IMG/VR virus record: IMGVR_UViG_3300012910_000003
Location: 1-64,000 of that record
Reading direction: 5' to 3' (one strand)
From: a virus
Lineage: Duplodnaviria > Caudoviricetes
DNA length: 64,000 nucleotides
The position numbers were made by a program, and so were the translations under genes. The notes below the pieces were generated by a model. It made no database searches. It saw nothing but the letters and a program-made list of their open reading frames with translations, and had not been told where the DNA came from. Of the stretch, positions 45,322-55,944 are shown piece after piece (the stretch's first letter is position 1; each line of letters begins with the position of its first letter).

Positions 45322-45885
45322 ATGGCAGGAGATATTAATACAGATAAACTTAGAAAGATATTAGTAGATAAGAATAAAGTAACTACTTGTTTATCAGGTA
45401 ATAGTAGAAATTCTAAATCATTTGGTATTAGACACTTATATAGAGCTTATTTAACTACTATAGGAGTTATTAACTCTAATGGTAGAATTATTGCTTCTAA
45501 AAAGATTAATAATCCTAAATATATTGATTATAAGACATTTGTAAAGGTAATAGATACTTGTAATGATCTTATTACTACTGAAATAAGTAAGGGAGATATA
45601 TTTAAAGCACCTTCTTCTTTAGGTTCTATTCTTATAAAGAAGGCTAAGTTTACTCCTTTTATGTTAGAAAACCTATTTGATAAAACAGGTATATTAGCAA
45701 CCTCCCATAGTAATGATGTTAATTATAGATTAAGAATCTATTGGAAGAAAGGTAATACTAGAAGAGATAATTTTTATGAGGCTACTCTTTATAAGTTTAG
45801 ACCTTGTTCTTCTTTTAAAAAGAAAGTTTATGATCAAGTGACTAAAAATCATCTTGGTACAAGAGTATATAATGGGGTGTATTAA
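45322..45885 (+). CDS. crAss-like IHF-derived protein
   Basis: FKxPxxLGxIxIKK...RIYWxK...YKFxP. Confidence 0.65.
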   Translation: MAGDINTDKLRKILVDKNKVTTCLSGNSRNSKSFGIRHLYRAYLTTIGVINSNGRIIASKKINNPKYIDYKTFVKVIDTCNDLITTEISKGDIFKAPSSLGSILIKKAKFTPFMLENLFDKTGILATSHSNDVNYRLRIYWKKGNTRRDNFYEATLYKFRPCSSFKKKVYDQVTKNHLGTRVYNGVY

Positions 45886-45896
45886 ACAATACTATA

Positions 45897-46787
45897 TTGG
45901 GTAATGTATATAGATTAAGAAGTATAAATGAGGTCTTAGGTAAGCTTAAAATTGATTTTGAGAACCTAACCTTTATAAATGAAGATCATTTCATTGAATG
46001 GATTGCTGATGCTTTAAAACATATAGGTGCATTTGGTCAATTAGTAATGAAAGAAGAAAATGTTGTTATATCAAACCATAAAGGAAGTATACCTTGTGAT
46101 TGTTATAAAGTAGTTGATATATTGAAAGTTACTTCTTTAAGAAATACTGAGAAATACTTTATAGGAGTTACTAATGATACTCTCCATGTTGATTATTATT
46201 TACAAAGAATAAATGATTTACAAGTAGAAATTAATAATTCTAGTGATTTAGAACATATTAAGAAGTTGACTAATATATTAACTAATATAAAATTAATAGT
46301 TAATAATGAACCTCATAAGTTTAATACTCTATCACTAGATTATGATACAAACTTATATCTTAATACTACTTTAGTGGGTAATATAGATGCCAATAAGCAT
46401 TATAATAATGATGTTAAGATAGAGTTTGATGTTATTACTACAGGATTTCCAGAAGGTTATGTTAATTTAAAATATTTAGCTTTACCTACAGATGATGAAG
46501 GATATCCTTTAATTCCTGATGATGTTAGTTATTATGAAGCTATATATTGGTATATATCAATGAAACTATCATTACAAGGTAAACTAAACAATAGTCAACT
46601 TAACTATCAAATATGTAGAACTGAATGGGGTAGAAAATGTGTACAAGCTAGAGCTAATATAAATATGCCTACTCTTAAAGAGATGCAAGAAATAATGAAT
46701 GAAAATCTTAAATTAGTTCCTGATATTAATCAGTATTATAAACAATTTAGAGATTTAGGTAAGAGACAAGTAGTTAAAAGACATTAA
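45897..46787 (+). CDS. tail ring protein
   Basis: EWIxDALxxIG, PCD, YxAxPxDxxGYPxIPD. Confidence 0.75.
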   Translation: MGNVYRLRSINEVLGKLKIDFENLTFINEDHFIEWIADALKHIGAFGQLVMKEENVVISNHKGSIPCDCYKVVDILKVTSLRNTEKYFIGVTNDTLHVDYYLQRINDLQVEINNSSDLEHIKKLTNILTNIKLIVNNEPHKFNTLSLDYDTNLYLNTTLVGNIDANKHYNNDVKIEFDVITTGFPEGYVNLKYLALPTDDEGYPLIPDDVSYYEAIYWYISMKLSLQGKLNNSQLNYQICRTEWGRKCVQARANINMPTLKEMQEIMNENLKLVPDINQYYKQFRDLGKRQVVKRH

Positions 46788-46789
46788 TT

Positions 46790-49700
46790 ATGCCAGAAAA
46801 TAATGAAGCATTTAATACCTTTGAAAAGGGTTTAGATAGAGATTCTAGTAATCAGAATAAACCTAATGGTACTTATGAATATGGGGAGAATCTTATTAAT
46901 AATTCTGAGGAAGGTAAGTATCTATTAGCCCCTGAAGCTGGTATAGTTAATACTAATATTAGTACTACTGAAACTATTATAGATGAAGATCCTCTTCATT
47001 GGATTACTATAGGTAGTGTTTATATTGATGATATTGAAATATTATTTCAAGGTTATGCTAGTAGTATACCTGCTGTATTTACTGACTCTAGAATAGGATA
47101 TAAAAGTCTTATTACTGGTTTATTTAAGGTAGTTTATGTTAACCACACAAGACTTAATTTTAATATAGACTATCACATTAATAATCCTCAAGCTAAAAAG
47201 ATTTATAATGGTGATATTAACTTATATTTTACTGATAACTTTAATTCACCTAAGTTTCTTAGATTAGTTTATCAATCTGATTTAAGCGGTGATCCTTACA
47301 TAGTTACACAAGAGGTAGCTAATTTAACATTAGATTTTGAAGAACCTCTAATAGATTTTACTTCTCAAACAGAAACTGGTGGTAATGCTCCTATTGGGTC
47401 TATACATTTCTTTATACAATATTTAGATAGATATGGTAATACTACTAGATTTAGTAATTTAACTAATGGTATTCCTGTAATAAGTGGTCCTAGAACAGCT
47501 GGTCAACATACTGATGTATATACTACTAATTATGCTGGAAGTACTTCTGTAGGTTATCAAATACCTTTTGGACAATTAAATGCTAGTGGTTATAATAGTG
47601 GTGTTAATTCTAGTAAGATTATTAGAATTACTATTGATCACTTAGATACTTCTTATACTTATTTTAAGTTAGGTTATATGTATTATACAGATACAACATA
47701 TACTCCTACCTATAAGTTAATTACTAAGTTGTATACTATACCAGAAGACCCAGCTTTATTTATAGATGATTATATAGTAGATGTTACTTTTAATGAACCT
47801 ACAACTGATTTAACAGCAGATCAAGTTACTGAAATAGCTAAAAAGTTTGAGTATACTCATGCTAAATGTATGGCACAACATCAAAACTATTTACTAATGG
47901 GTAATCTTAGAAATAAGTATGAGGCTGTTAATGATAGTATATATGAAGCTATATGTAATAATATTGATGTAAGAACTGCTATTAAAGTACTTACTACAGA
48001 TACTACTACTTATAATAGTTCAGAATTTAATCAAGCATTTGATCATGAACAATCTTCTTTTAGATACAAATCTTATAAAAGAGCTGAAGTATATTCTTTA
48101 GGTCTTAGATTTATATATAAAGGTGGTTATAAAACTAAGGTATTCCATATACCTGCTAAAGAGAGAGTTACTGAGTATAATGCTAATATATTATATAATT
48201 TACCCATTAGTGGAGATAATCTTACAGGTACTTTTTATAGTAGTGAATTATATAAAGTAGATAGCGGTTATGTTAATCCATCCAATAACATATTAAATAT
48301 TAGACATCATGTTATGCCTGATTTTTATCATGATGATGGTACAGCTAATACTTATAGATTAAGTACTGATAACTTCTTTACTGCTAATACTACTACAGTT
48401 AATGCTTTAGGTTTATATTTTGAAAATATAGAGATTAATACTTTACCTGAAAGTATATTAGCTGATATTGTAGGTATTGAATTTGTTAGACAAACCAGAG
48501 AAAATGCTCAAAATAAAAGAATATTAGCTCAAGGTATTAGTAGAGCTATACAAAGACCTTTAAGTAAATCAGGTAATTATCCTGTTGTTAGAGATACTAG
48601 CAATATACCCCAACCTTTTAATGCTGGTGTAGCTAGTAAAGACCATCCATTTGCTCTTCAAAGTAAAGCTGATTTATATGTAGCTAGTGATATACAAATA
48701 GACCACACTGTATCTACACCTATTGATTGGAATTATGATGGTGTAGAAGATACTTATTTAAGAGCAGATGGTTTATCTCCTTATGTAAGTGGGCAATATG
48801 GAGCTATAGGTAAAAAAATAGGTGAATATGGTCAAATGCTAAATGCTGTTAACTCTTTAACTGCTCCTTTAGATACTTTTGGTCATATAAATAAAATGGT
48901 AATGCCTATAGATCCTCCTACTATAGTATACTACCCTTATACATCTTATGATGAGTTTATTCTTAATATAGTATCTCCTGACACTGAAATGGGTTTTGTA
49001 ATACTACCTTCTACAGTTAAATTAGAACTTAGAGATAAACTTTATTTTGAAACTTATGATGTTAGAGATGGTAATGATAGTGGTGGTAGAAAGGGTTCTT
49101 TAATTAGAATAAATAATGGTGTAGGAGACTTAGATTTTGATCCTAATGAATTAGGTAGAAGATCTGGTGGCAGTAATATGTATTTAAGAAGTTTAACTAA
49201 TTCTAGTTATAGATATCAAGTAGGCCCACCTGAATATAGAACTAAAATATTTCAAGCTTCTTATTCTAACCACACAAGTACTTTAGTAGCTAAACCTAAT
49301 ATATCTAAAACTATTGCAGGATTTGATTCTATTTATTTATCACCAAGTTTAAATAGTTTATTAATTAGTGATACTACAGTACATTATCCTATAAACCAAG
49401 ATATTGTAGATATAAGTACTTATGGTTTAACTATTCATGATAATGTAATAGACTTTGATAATACTTATGATTTCTTAATAAAACATTGTTATGTTAATGA
49501 TGGGTTGTATTTAATACCTACTCTAGAAACTTACAATAGTTTATTACCTCTTTTAAAGAGTTTGACTAATTGTAACTTAAGATTTGAGGTAGGTTATTAC
49601 AATGATGGTGACTATACTGTAGAATCTCATCAAGAAATAGTACCTAGTCAAGCTACATTAACTTTCCCTAATGTACCTTTCTTTAAAAAGATTTTTAGAA

Positions 49701-51682
49701 AAGATTTAATAAGTGGTAATGCTACAGGAGCAACTATTACTCCTTATGCTAGTTTAAGTGCTGTAGAAAAACTAGAAGTTGATTATTCAAGTACTCCTAT
49801 ATTTGATATTATACAAGAAATACCTAATCAATATGGTAGTATTTATAATGGTGAGTATTTCCCCATTCAAGTAACTTATGATATTGATAAAGTAGTTCCT
49901 ACAGACATAGGAACTTATAATAATCCTTTATTTAGTGGGGATGTGTTTGTCTCTTGGTATGGTAGTAATTCTGGTGGATATGGTGAGAATTATTCTAGAA
50001 ATAATGATAGTTCTAATACTAATCCTACATTATTTCCTGATAATGAATTATTACATAAAATATCTACTTTCCATAATAACCTTATTTACTATCCTGTAGA
50101 AACCACTATTAATACCCATTTTAGAGCAACAGCTAATTTAAATGGTGTACCTTATTATCCAGCACATTCTACTAAAGAAAGTTTTGAGAATATTCCTATA
50201 GAGTATAGACAAGCACCTCACTTTAATAGTGATAATTATACTTTAGCTTATAGTTACAACCAAAACAATGTTAACTTAAGTACAGCAGCTAATCAATTAA
50301 CTAATAATAGTGGATTAGGTTTATTTCCTAATAGAATTATATATTCTAATAAATCAGTTGATGGGGAGATAGATGATAGTTATAGAATGTTTTTAACTAA
50401 TATTTATACTGATATTCCTAAAGATACTGGTGAGATATGGAATATGTATCAATATAGTAATGATATATATGCCCATACACCTAATGCTTTGTTTAAGACA
50501 TTTATGTTACAAACATCTATGATTAAACCAAATACTGGTAGTGAAATAGTATTAGGAACTAGTGATTTATTTGGTGTACCTCCTCAAAAGATTCTTACTA
50601 AAGAAGGTAGTTCTGGTGGTAGTAAATCAGCTTGGGGGTACATGATAACTCCTTATGGATTACTTTTTATAGATAATAATGGAGATAAGGTTTATAGATT
50701 AATAAATGATCAATTAGAAGAGATATCATTTAATGGTATGATGAATTTCTTTAAGTTATATACTAAATTCTTAACTACAAGAGGTAATTATAGAGATCAA
50801 ACTCATTATATAGATGATACTCCTTATAATCCCTTTAATGGCCATGGCTGGCATTTTGGTTATGATGATTATAATAAGAGAGTACTAATGACTAAAAGAT
50901 CTGGTATTAGTAATATAGATCCTAAGTTAAGTGAGAGATCTACTGGTAATATAAGAAGACCTGAATTATTCTTTAAAGAGTTTACAATATCTTATTCTTT
51001 TATAAATAACTCCTTTATAGGGTTTAGTAGCTATAAACCAGCTTATTATATTAATTCAGGAACTCATGTAATTAGTATGCCTGATCCTCAAACTATGAAT
51101 GTTAGTTATAACTTTATAGGTGAACATAAAGATTGGACTAACCCTTGTTTATTTTATCAAGGTGCACCTGAAGATAGTATACTTAAATTTACAGTTAATC
51201 AATATCCTCAATATGAGAAAGTATTTGATAATATCTTTATAGATATGTATAACTATACTCAACTACAAGAAATACCTCCTTTTGGTATATTTGATAAAGC
51301 TTTATTTTATAATAGAGGTACTACAGTTCCTAATCAATATGATACTATTGAAGTAGAAACTTCTAATCAATATAGTGGTGTTAGAGAATTACATTATAAT
51401 ACAGGATTAGCTGATATGTTTACCTATTATTTAGATAAAAAACTAAATGTTAAATACTTTCTTAAACAGTATAGAGTACCTATACCTAAAAGTAGAACTA
51501 TTAATCAACAAATAGATAAAGATTCTATATTTAACTATAATAATGGTAATACTTCCTATAATGAAGTAGGTGATAGAATGAAAGATAAGTTTATGCAAAT
51601 AACTCTTACTTGGAAGAATTATGAAAGATTCTCTTTTATAGTTAATTTTATAAAAAGTATATTTAGATTAAATAGAAGATAA
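46790..51682 (+). CDS. tail stabilisation / muzzle (nozzle) protein
   Basis: NTFxKGL.RD start, YFTDNxN, YKRxEVY, RIIYS, KVFDN; 1630 aa. Confidence 0.8.
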   Translation: MPENNEAFNTFEKGLDRDSSNQNKPNGTYEYGENLINNSEEGKYLLAPEAGIVNTNISTTETIIDEDPLHWITIGSVYIDDIEILFQGYASSIPAVFTDSRIGYKSLITGLFKVVYVNHTRLNFNIDYHINNPQAKKIYNGDINLYFTDNFNSPKFLRLVYQSDLSGDPYIVTQEVANLTLDFEEPLIDFTSQTETGGNAPIGSIHFFIQYLDRYGNTTRFSNLTNGIPVISGPRTAGQHTDVYTTNYAGSTSVGYQIPFGQLNASGYNSGVNSSKIIRITIDHLDTSYTYFKLGYMYYTDTTYTPTYKLITKLYTIPEDPALFIDDYIVDVTFNEPTTDLTADQVTEIAKKFEYTHAKCMAQHQNYLLMGNLRNKYEAVNDSIYEAICNNIDVRTAIKVLTTDTTTYNSSEFNQAFDHEQSSFRYKSYKRAEVYSLGLRFIYKGGYKTKVFHIPAKERVTEYNANILYNLPISGDNLTGTFYSSELYKVDSGYVNPSNNILNIRHHVMPDFYHDDGTANTYRLSTDNFFTANTTTVNALGLYFENIEINTLPESILADIVGIEFVRQTRENAQNKRILAQGISRAIQRPLSKSGNYPVVRDTSNIPQPFNAGVASKDHPFALQSKADLYVASDIQIDHTVSTPIDWNYDGVEDTYLRADGLSPYVSGQYGAIGKKIGEYGQMLNAVNSLTAPLDTFGHINKMVMPIDPPTIVYYPYTSYDEFILNIVSPDTEMGFVILPSTVKLELRDKLYFETYDVRDGNDSGGRKGSLIRINNGVGDLDFDPNELGRRSGGSNMYLRSLTNSSYRYQVGPPEYRTKIFQASYSNHTSTLVAKPNISKTIAGFDSIYLSPSLNSLLISDTTVHYPINQDIVDISTYGLTIHDNVIDFDNTYDFLIKHCYVNDGLYLIPTLETYNSLLPLLKSLTNCNLRFEVGYYNDGDYTVESHQEIVPSQATLTFPNVPFFKKIFRKDLISGNATGATITPYASLSAVEKLEVDYSSTPIFDIIQEIPNQYGSIYNGEYFPIQVTYDIDKVVPTDIGTYNNPLFSGDVFVSWYGSNSGGYGENYSRNNDSSNTNPTLFPDNELLHKISTFHNNLIYYPVETTINTHFRATANLNGVPYYPAHSTKESFENIPIEYRQAPHFNSDNYTLAYSYNQNNVNLSTAANQLTNNSGLGLFPNRIIYSNKSVDGEIDDSYRMFLTNIYTDIPKDTGEIWNMYQYSNDIYAHTPNALFKTFMLQTSMIKPNTGSEIVLGTSDLFGVPPQKILTKEGSSGGSKSAWGYMITPYGLLFIDNNGDKVYRLINDQLEEISFNGMMNFFKLYTKFLTTRGNYRDQTHYIDDTPYNPFNGHGWHFGYDDYNKRVLMTKRSGISNIDPKLSERSTGNIRRPELFFKEFTISYSFINNSFIGFSSYKPAYYINSGTHVISMPDPQTMNVSYNFIGEHKDWTNPCLFYQGAPEDSILKFTVNQYPQYEKVFDNIFIDMYNYTQLQEIPPFGIFDKALFYNRGTTVPNQYDTIEVETSNQYSGVRELHYNTGLADMFTYYLDKKLNVKYFLKQYRVPIPKSRTINQQIDKDSIFNYNNGNTSYNEVGDRMKDKFMQITLTWKNYERFSFIVNFIKSIFRLNRR

Positions 51683-51684
51683 TA

Positions 51685-52395
51685 ATGATTAATGATACAA
51701 ATAAATATAAGAATAAATATAAATTAACTTCTTCTACTAAAAAGTATATAGATGGTACTCAATCATTAAATATAACTCCTGATTATTCAGCTTATTATAA
51801 TGCTCAGAATGATGTTTATAATAGAAGGACTAGAGAGAGTACTATTAACAATACTACTTTAAATCCTTTAGCTGATAGTTTAGCTAGTAATAATGCTTCC
51901 AAGATAGGTAATTTAGTAGGTAGAACTGGTAGTAATATAATAGATCAAAGTACTATTACTTCTAGTGGTAGACAAGATAGTGGTTCAGCAGCTTTATCAA
52001 GTGCTTTAAAATATGGAGCAATGGGTGCTTCAGCTGGTAGTGTAGCTGGACCTATAGGAAGTGCTGTTTTAGGTGCAGTAGGTGCTATAGGAGGAGGTAT
52101 TTATGGGGCTACTAAAGCCAATAAACTAAATAAATTAATAGGTCAAGGAGAAGCTATAAGTAAAATACAAAACCAAGGTGCTATTTTAGCTAATAAGAGA
52201 TATAATTATAACTTACAAGGTGATGTTAATAAAGATATAGCTCAATCTGTAGGATTTGCTAAGAAAGGTAAATATAAGATTAAACTAAGTAGTAAAAGTA
52301 AAACTGTTAAAGAAGAGGAAGTTGGTATAAAAGTACCTAATCCTAATAAGTATAAAAGTAGATTATCAGATTATAGAAAGAAGCCAACTAGATAA
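51685..52395 (+). CDS. internal cargo/ejection protein with a Gly/Ala-rich membrane-like segment
   Basis: GAMGASAG...GAIGGGIYG glycine zipper. Confidence 0.6.
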   Translation: MINDTNKYKNKYKLTSSTKKYIDGTQSLNITPDYSAYYNAQNDVYNRRTRESTINNTTLNPLADSLASNNASKIGNLVGRTGSNIIDQSTITSSGRQDSGSAALSSALKYGAMGASAGSVAGPIGSAVLGAVGAIGGGIYGATKANKLNKLIGQGEAISKIQNQGAILANKRYNYNLQGDVNKDIAQSVGFAKKGKYKIKLSSKSKTVKEEEVGIKVPNPNKYKSRLSDYRKKPTR

Positions 52396-52399
52396 TATT

Positions 52400-53866
52400 A
52401 TGTCAACAATTCATATAAAAGAAAAAAACAAAGGTAAGTTTACAGCTTACGCTAAAGCTCATGGTAAATCAGTTCAACAAATGGCTAGTACTATACTAGC
52501 TAATAAAGATAAATATTCCCCTACAATAGTCAAAAGAGCAAATTTTGCTAGAAATTCTAAGAAATTCCACCATGAAGAAGGTACTAAATCTTTAAGTTAC
52601 AATAAAGGTTGTAAGTATAAAATGAAATCAGGTACTAGAAAAATAGAAACTGAAGGTAGAGAACCTGTGTTTGATAAAGATAATAATTTAGTATATTATA
52701 ATCCTAATGATCCTACTCATAAACAAGGTGGTGTTGAATCATTAGTAGTTGCTAATGGGAAGTATACTCCTGAACAATTATTAAGAATAAATATGACCTC
52801 TAAGGTTAAATTATTACCTGAGGGTAGTAGTATCATTACTGCTAATAATGGATTGAACAGAGAGGCTATAAATGCCTATAAACAAGGAGATATGGGTAAG
52901 CTTAATAGTATTAAAAAAGAAATGCCAACTGATAAAGCTAAAACAGGTAAATATAATCTTAAAAAGTATCAAACTGGTACTAAAGCTACTAGAGGAGGTA
53001 CAGGTTATTATCAAGTAAGTCCTGAAGAATTAAAAGCTAGAAAAGATGCTGAGATGAATAACTATGCTCAAGCTAGAGGTAATTTTGGGGATATTCAAGA
53101 TTCTTATGATTCTCAGAAACAATATTCTAATTTATATAATGATCAAAAAAATAGTTGGTTAGCTCAAAATCAGTATTCTCCTAACTCTGTTTTAGAACCT
53201 AACAAGACTACTAATCAAGTAGATAATTCTAACTTAACTAATTTTGCTAAAACAACAGGTAGACTAGCTAGTGTTTATGGTACTACAACTCCTATTTGGC
53301 AAAATCTAGCTTTAGGTAAACAAAAACCAGAGTTACAACAAAGAAATTATCTTAATAATGTTTCACTAAATGATGCTTATAATATAAGTCCTCAAATACA
53401 AAACATTAATAGTGTTTATAATAATCAAGCTGGTATAGTTGCTAATACTGTAGGAACTGCTCAAAATAGAAATGCTTTACAACAATCTATTTTAAATAGT
53501 AAAAGAGGTGCTACTAATGAAGTATTAGCTAATAAAGCTAATTATAGAGCTCAACTTAGAAACCAACAATTAATGAATAATCAAACTATTAATGAAAAGA
53601 ATCTTAATCTTAAGAATCAATATAATATGTTTGATGAACAAGCTAGAGCTAAAGTACAAGATGCTACAACTAAAGCAGCTTCTCAAGTAGGAGCTTTTAC
53701 AGGAGATGCTGTAAACTATCTTAATAAGTATAAGCAAGATGATATTAATAAGAGTTATACTAAACAATATTTTGACACTTTAGAAAATAATCCTAGTTTA
53801 TTAAAGTATAAAACTAAAACAGAAAATACTGCTAAAAAAGGTAAGTATAAAATTAAGAGTAAATAA
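52400..53866 (+). CDS. internal cargo/ejection protein
   Basis: crAss-type IHIKxxNKGKFT...KRANFARN N-terminus, ExEGxE and HxQGG motifs, N/Q-rich helical region. Confidence 0.7.
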   Translation: MSTIHIKEKNKGKFTAYAKAHGKSVQQMASTILANKDKYSPTIVKRANFARNSKKFHHEEGTKSLSYNKGCKYKMKSGTRKIETEGREPVFDKDNNLVYYNPNDPTHKQGGVESLVVANGKYTPEQLLRINMTSKVKLLPEGSSIITANNGLNREAINAYKQGDMGKLNSIKKEMPTDKAKTGKYNLKKYQTGTKATRGGTGYYQVSPEELKARKDAEMNNYAQARGNFGDIQDSYDSQKQYSNLYNDQKNSWLAQNQYSPNSVLEPNKTTNQVDNSNLTNFAKTTGRLASVYGTTTPIWQNLALGKQKPELQQRNYLNNVSLNDAYNISPQIQNINSVYNNQAGIVANTVGTAQNRNALQQSILNSKRGATNEVLANKANYRAQLRNQQLMNNQTINEKNLNLKNQYNMFDEQARAKVQDATTKAASQVGAFTGDAVNYLNKYKQDDINKSYTKQYFDTLENNPSLLKYKTKTENTAKKGKYKIKSK

Positions 53867-53892
53867 GTATATTTGTATAAATAACAATAATT

Positions 53893-55944
53893 ATGGCAGT
53901 AAGTAGGTTTAGTAATTTAGCAGAGTATACTCCATTTGATCCTTATGTACCTACACAAGCAGAAATGTATGGTAAGGTTAGAGAAGTTGGTTATAATGAT
54001 TTACTAGCTAAAAAACAATTAGATGATGCTTCCCATGCTAAATTAGGTGAAGTAGGTACTCTATTAAATCAATTTAGACCAAGTGAGACATTTAATACTT
54101 ATCTACAAGATAAAACTGCTGTAGTTAATAGAAATAGACTTCATGATGATTATCAAAATATAGCAATTGATTTAGCTAATAAACAAGAAGAATTAGTTAA
54201 TAAACATGCTAATAATTTAAGTACACCTGAAGCTCAAAAAGATTTTAATGATTATCAAAACTATGTAAATAGAGCAGTAGGTCAACTAAAATCTATTAAA
54301 GAGTCAGATGATACTCTTAAAAAATCACAAGATGAATTAGCTAAACAATTAGCTGAGGGTGATGTAGGTAATATAGATGGTTCTTTATCTCAAGCTAATA
54401 GAGACTTTTTATCTCATTATAGTACTAATAGTCAATTAGGTAATCTTTATAATAAGAATCTTATAACAGGTACTAAAATTATTGATAACTCTAAAAAGAT
54501 TAAAGATTATATAGGTGATAATATGACCTTTATAAGAAAAGATGATGTATTAGGTAAGTTGGGGATAAGAACTGTAGATGATATATTACCAGTTTTACAA
54601 GATAGTAAAACTAGTTATGAGACTAAACAGAGACTAAGTTCTCATTTACAATCATTAGCTAATAACTATATTACTGAGAATCAAGGTGCTGTAGCTAACC
54701 ATGCTAAACAGATTATGTATGATCAATCAGTTATAAATCCTGATAAACCTATATCTCAAGAGGAGGCTTATAAACAAGCAGAACAACAAGTTAGAAATAG
54801 ATTTAATCAATTTATTATTGATGATAGAAAGATTGGTAGAGACCTTAATACTAAATTATTATCAGATGAACAAGCTAAAGGTTCTGGTAAAGGTGTTTAT
54901 AGCCCTACAAGAGATATTTCTATTATAGAGAATCCTTTGATGGATAGTAATGTTAAACCAGAAGTATTTGATTTAGATGATAAGGGTAATCTTAAAACTG
55001 AGTATACTACTACTAAAATGAGAACTGTTAAAGATGAGTTTGGTGTTAGAGATAAAGTTCCTACTAAAATTACTAGAACTCTAACAGCTTCTACTCCTCA
55101 AGAATATTCTAAATTACTATATGATAACGAAGCATTTAGAAATGTACTTAATGCTGAAGGTGTTAATATAGTAGGAGATGTTAAATCTACTGATATACCA
55201 AAAATACAAAAAGCTTTAAAAGATAATAAGGAGAGGGTTTATAATAACTTACAATTAGCTACTAATGGTTATGATGCAGTACAATTAAATGTGCCTAAGT
55301 TAGATCAAACTATGAGTAATCAAATTAATGCTACTACCTTAAGATTTAATAAAGATCAAACACTACCTAAAGATCTTCCTCAAAAAGATACTAAAACTGG
55401 TAGTATGGATGGTAGTACTTTTAATGATTGGTTGGCAGGTAAATATAATGTTAAAATACAAACTGATAATATATTAGCTGCTACAGGTCAATTAGGTAAA
55501 CCTGTTGGTTTAAAAAGAACTGTTATATACCAAGATGAAAAAGGAGGTCCTTCTAAAAAGTTAGATATTTATCAAGATAGTCCTTTTAAAGATATCAATG
55601 ATAATCCTGACTATAATGCTTTAAATGAAATTACTAAGTATACTTCTAGTGGTAAGGATGCTAGTCAAGTTAAAGTTCCAACTAATAAAGGAGATTATAT
55701 CTTTGAACTAAAAAGAACTCCTAATAATCAAACTAAAACTTATGATTATTCAGGTAAGGTATATGATCCTATTACTAGAACTTGGAGTTCTTATGAAGAC
55801 TTTAAAAAGGCTTCTACAGTAGGAATTCTATTAGATGTATTAAAGAATTCAGAAGGTGTTGGTAGATCTTTTACTAAAGATGATATAGGACAAGTAGAAA
55901 ATATGTATAATAATAGTAATAATTTAACCTCAGAAGAAGAATAA
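53893..55944 (+). CDS. internal cargo/ejection protein
   Basis: MAVxRF...YxPxxPYVP start; own TATATTTG box at 53868-53875. Confidence 0.6.
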   Translation: MAVSRFSNLAEYTPFDPYVPTQAEMYGKVREVGYNDLLAKKQLDDASHAKLGEVGTLLNQFRPSETFNTYLQDKTAVVNRNRLHDDYQNIAIDLANKQEELVNKHANNLSTPEAQKDFNDYQNYVNRAVGQLKSIKESDDTLKKSQDELAKQLAEGDVGNIDGSLSQANRDFLSHYSTNSQLGNLYNKNLITGTKIIDNSKKIKDYIGDNMTFIRKDDVLGKLGIRTVDDILPVLQDSKTSYETKQRLSSHLQSLANNYITENQGAVANHAKQIMYDQSVINPDKPISQEEAYKQAEQQVRNRFNQFIIDDRKIGRDLNTKLLSDEQAKGSGKGVYSPTRDISIIENPLMDSNVKPEVFDLDDKGNLKTEYTTTKMRTVKDEFGVRDKVPTKITRTLTASTPQEYSKLLYDNEAFRNVLNAEGVNIVGDVKSTDIPKIQKALKDNKERVYNNLQLATNGYDAVQLNVPKLDQTMSNQINATTLRFNKDQTLPKDLPQKDTKTGSMDGSTFNDWLAGKYNVKIQTDNILAATGQLGKPVGLKRTVIYQDEKGGPSKKLDIYQDSPFKDINDNPDYNALNEITKYTSSGKDASQVKVPTNKGDYIFELKRTPNNQTKTYDYSGKVYDPITRTWSSYEDFKKASTVGILLDVLKNSEGVGRSFTKDDIGQVENMYNNSNNLTSEEE

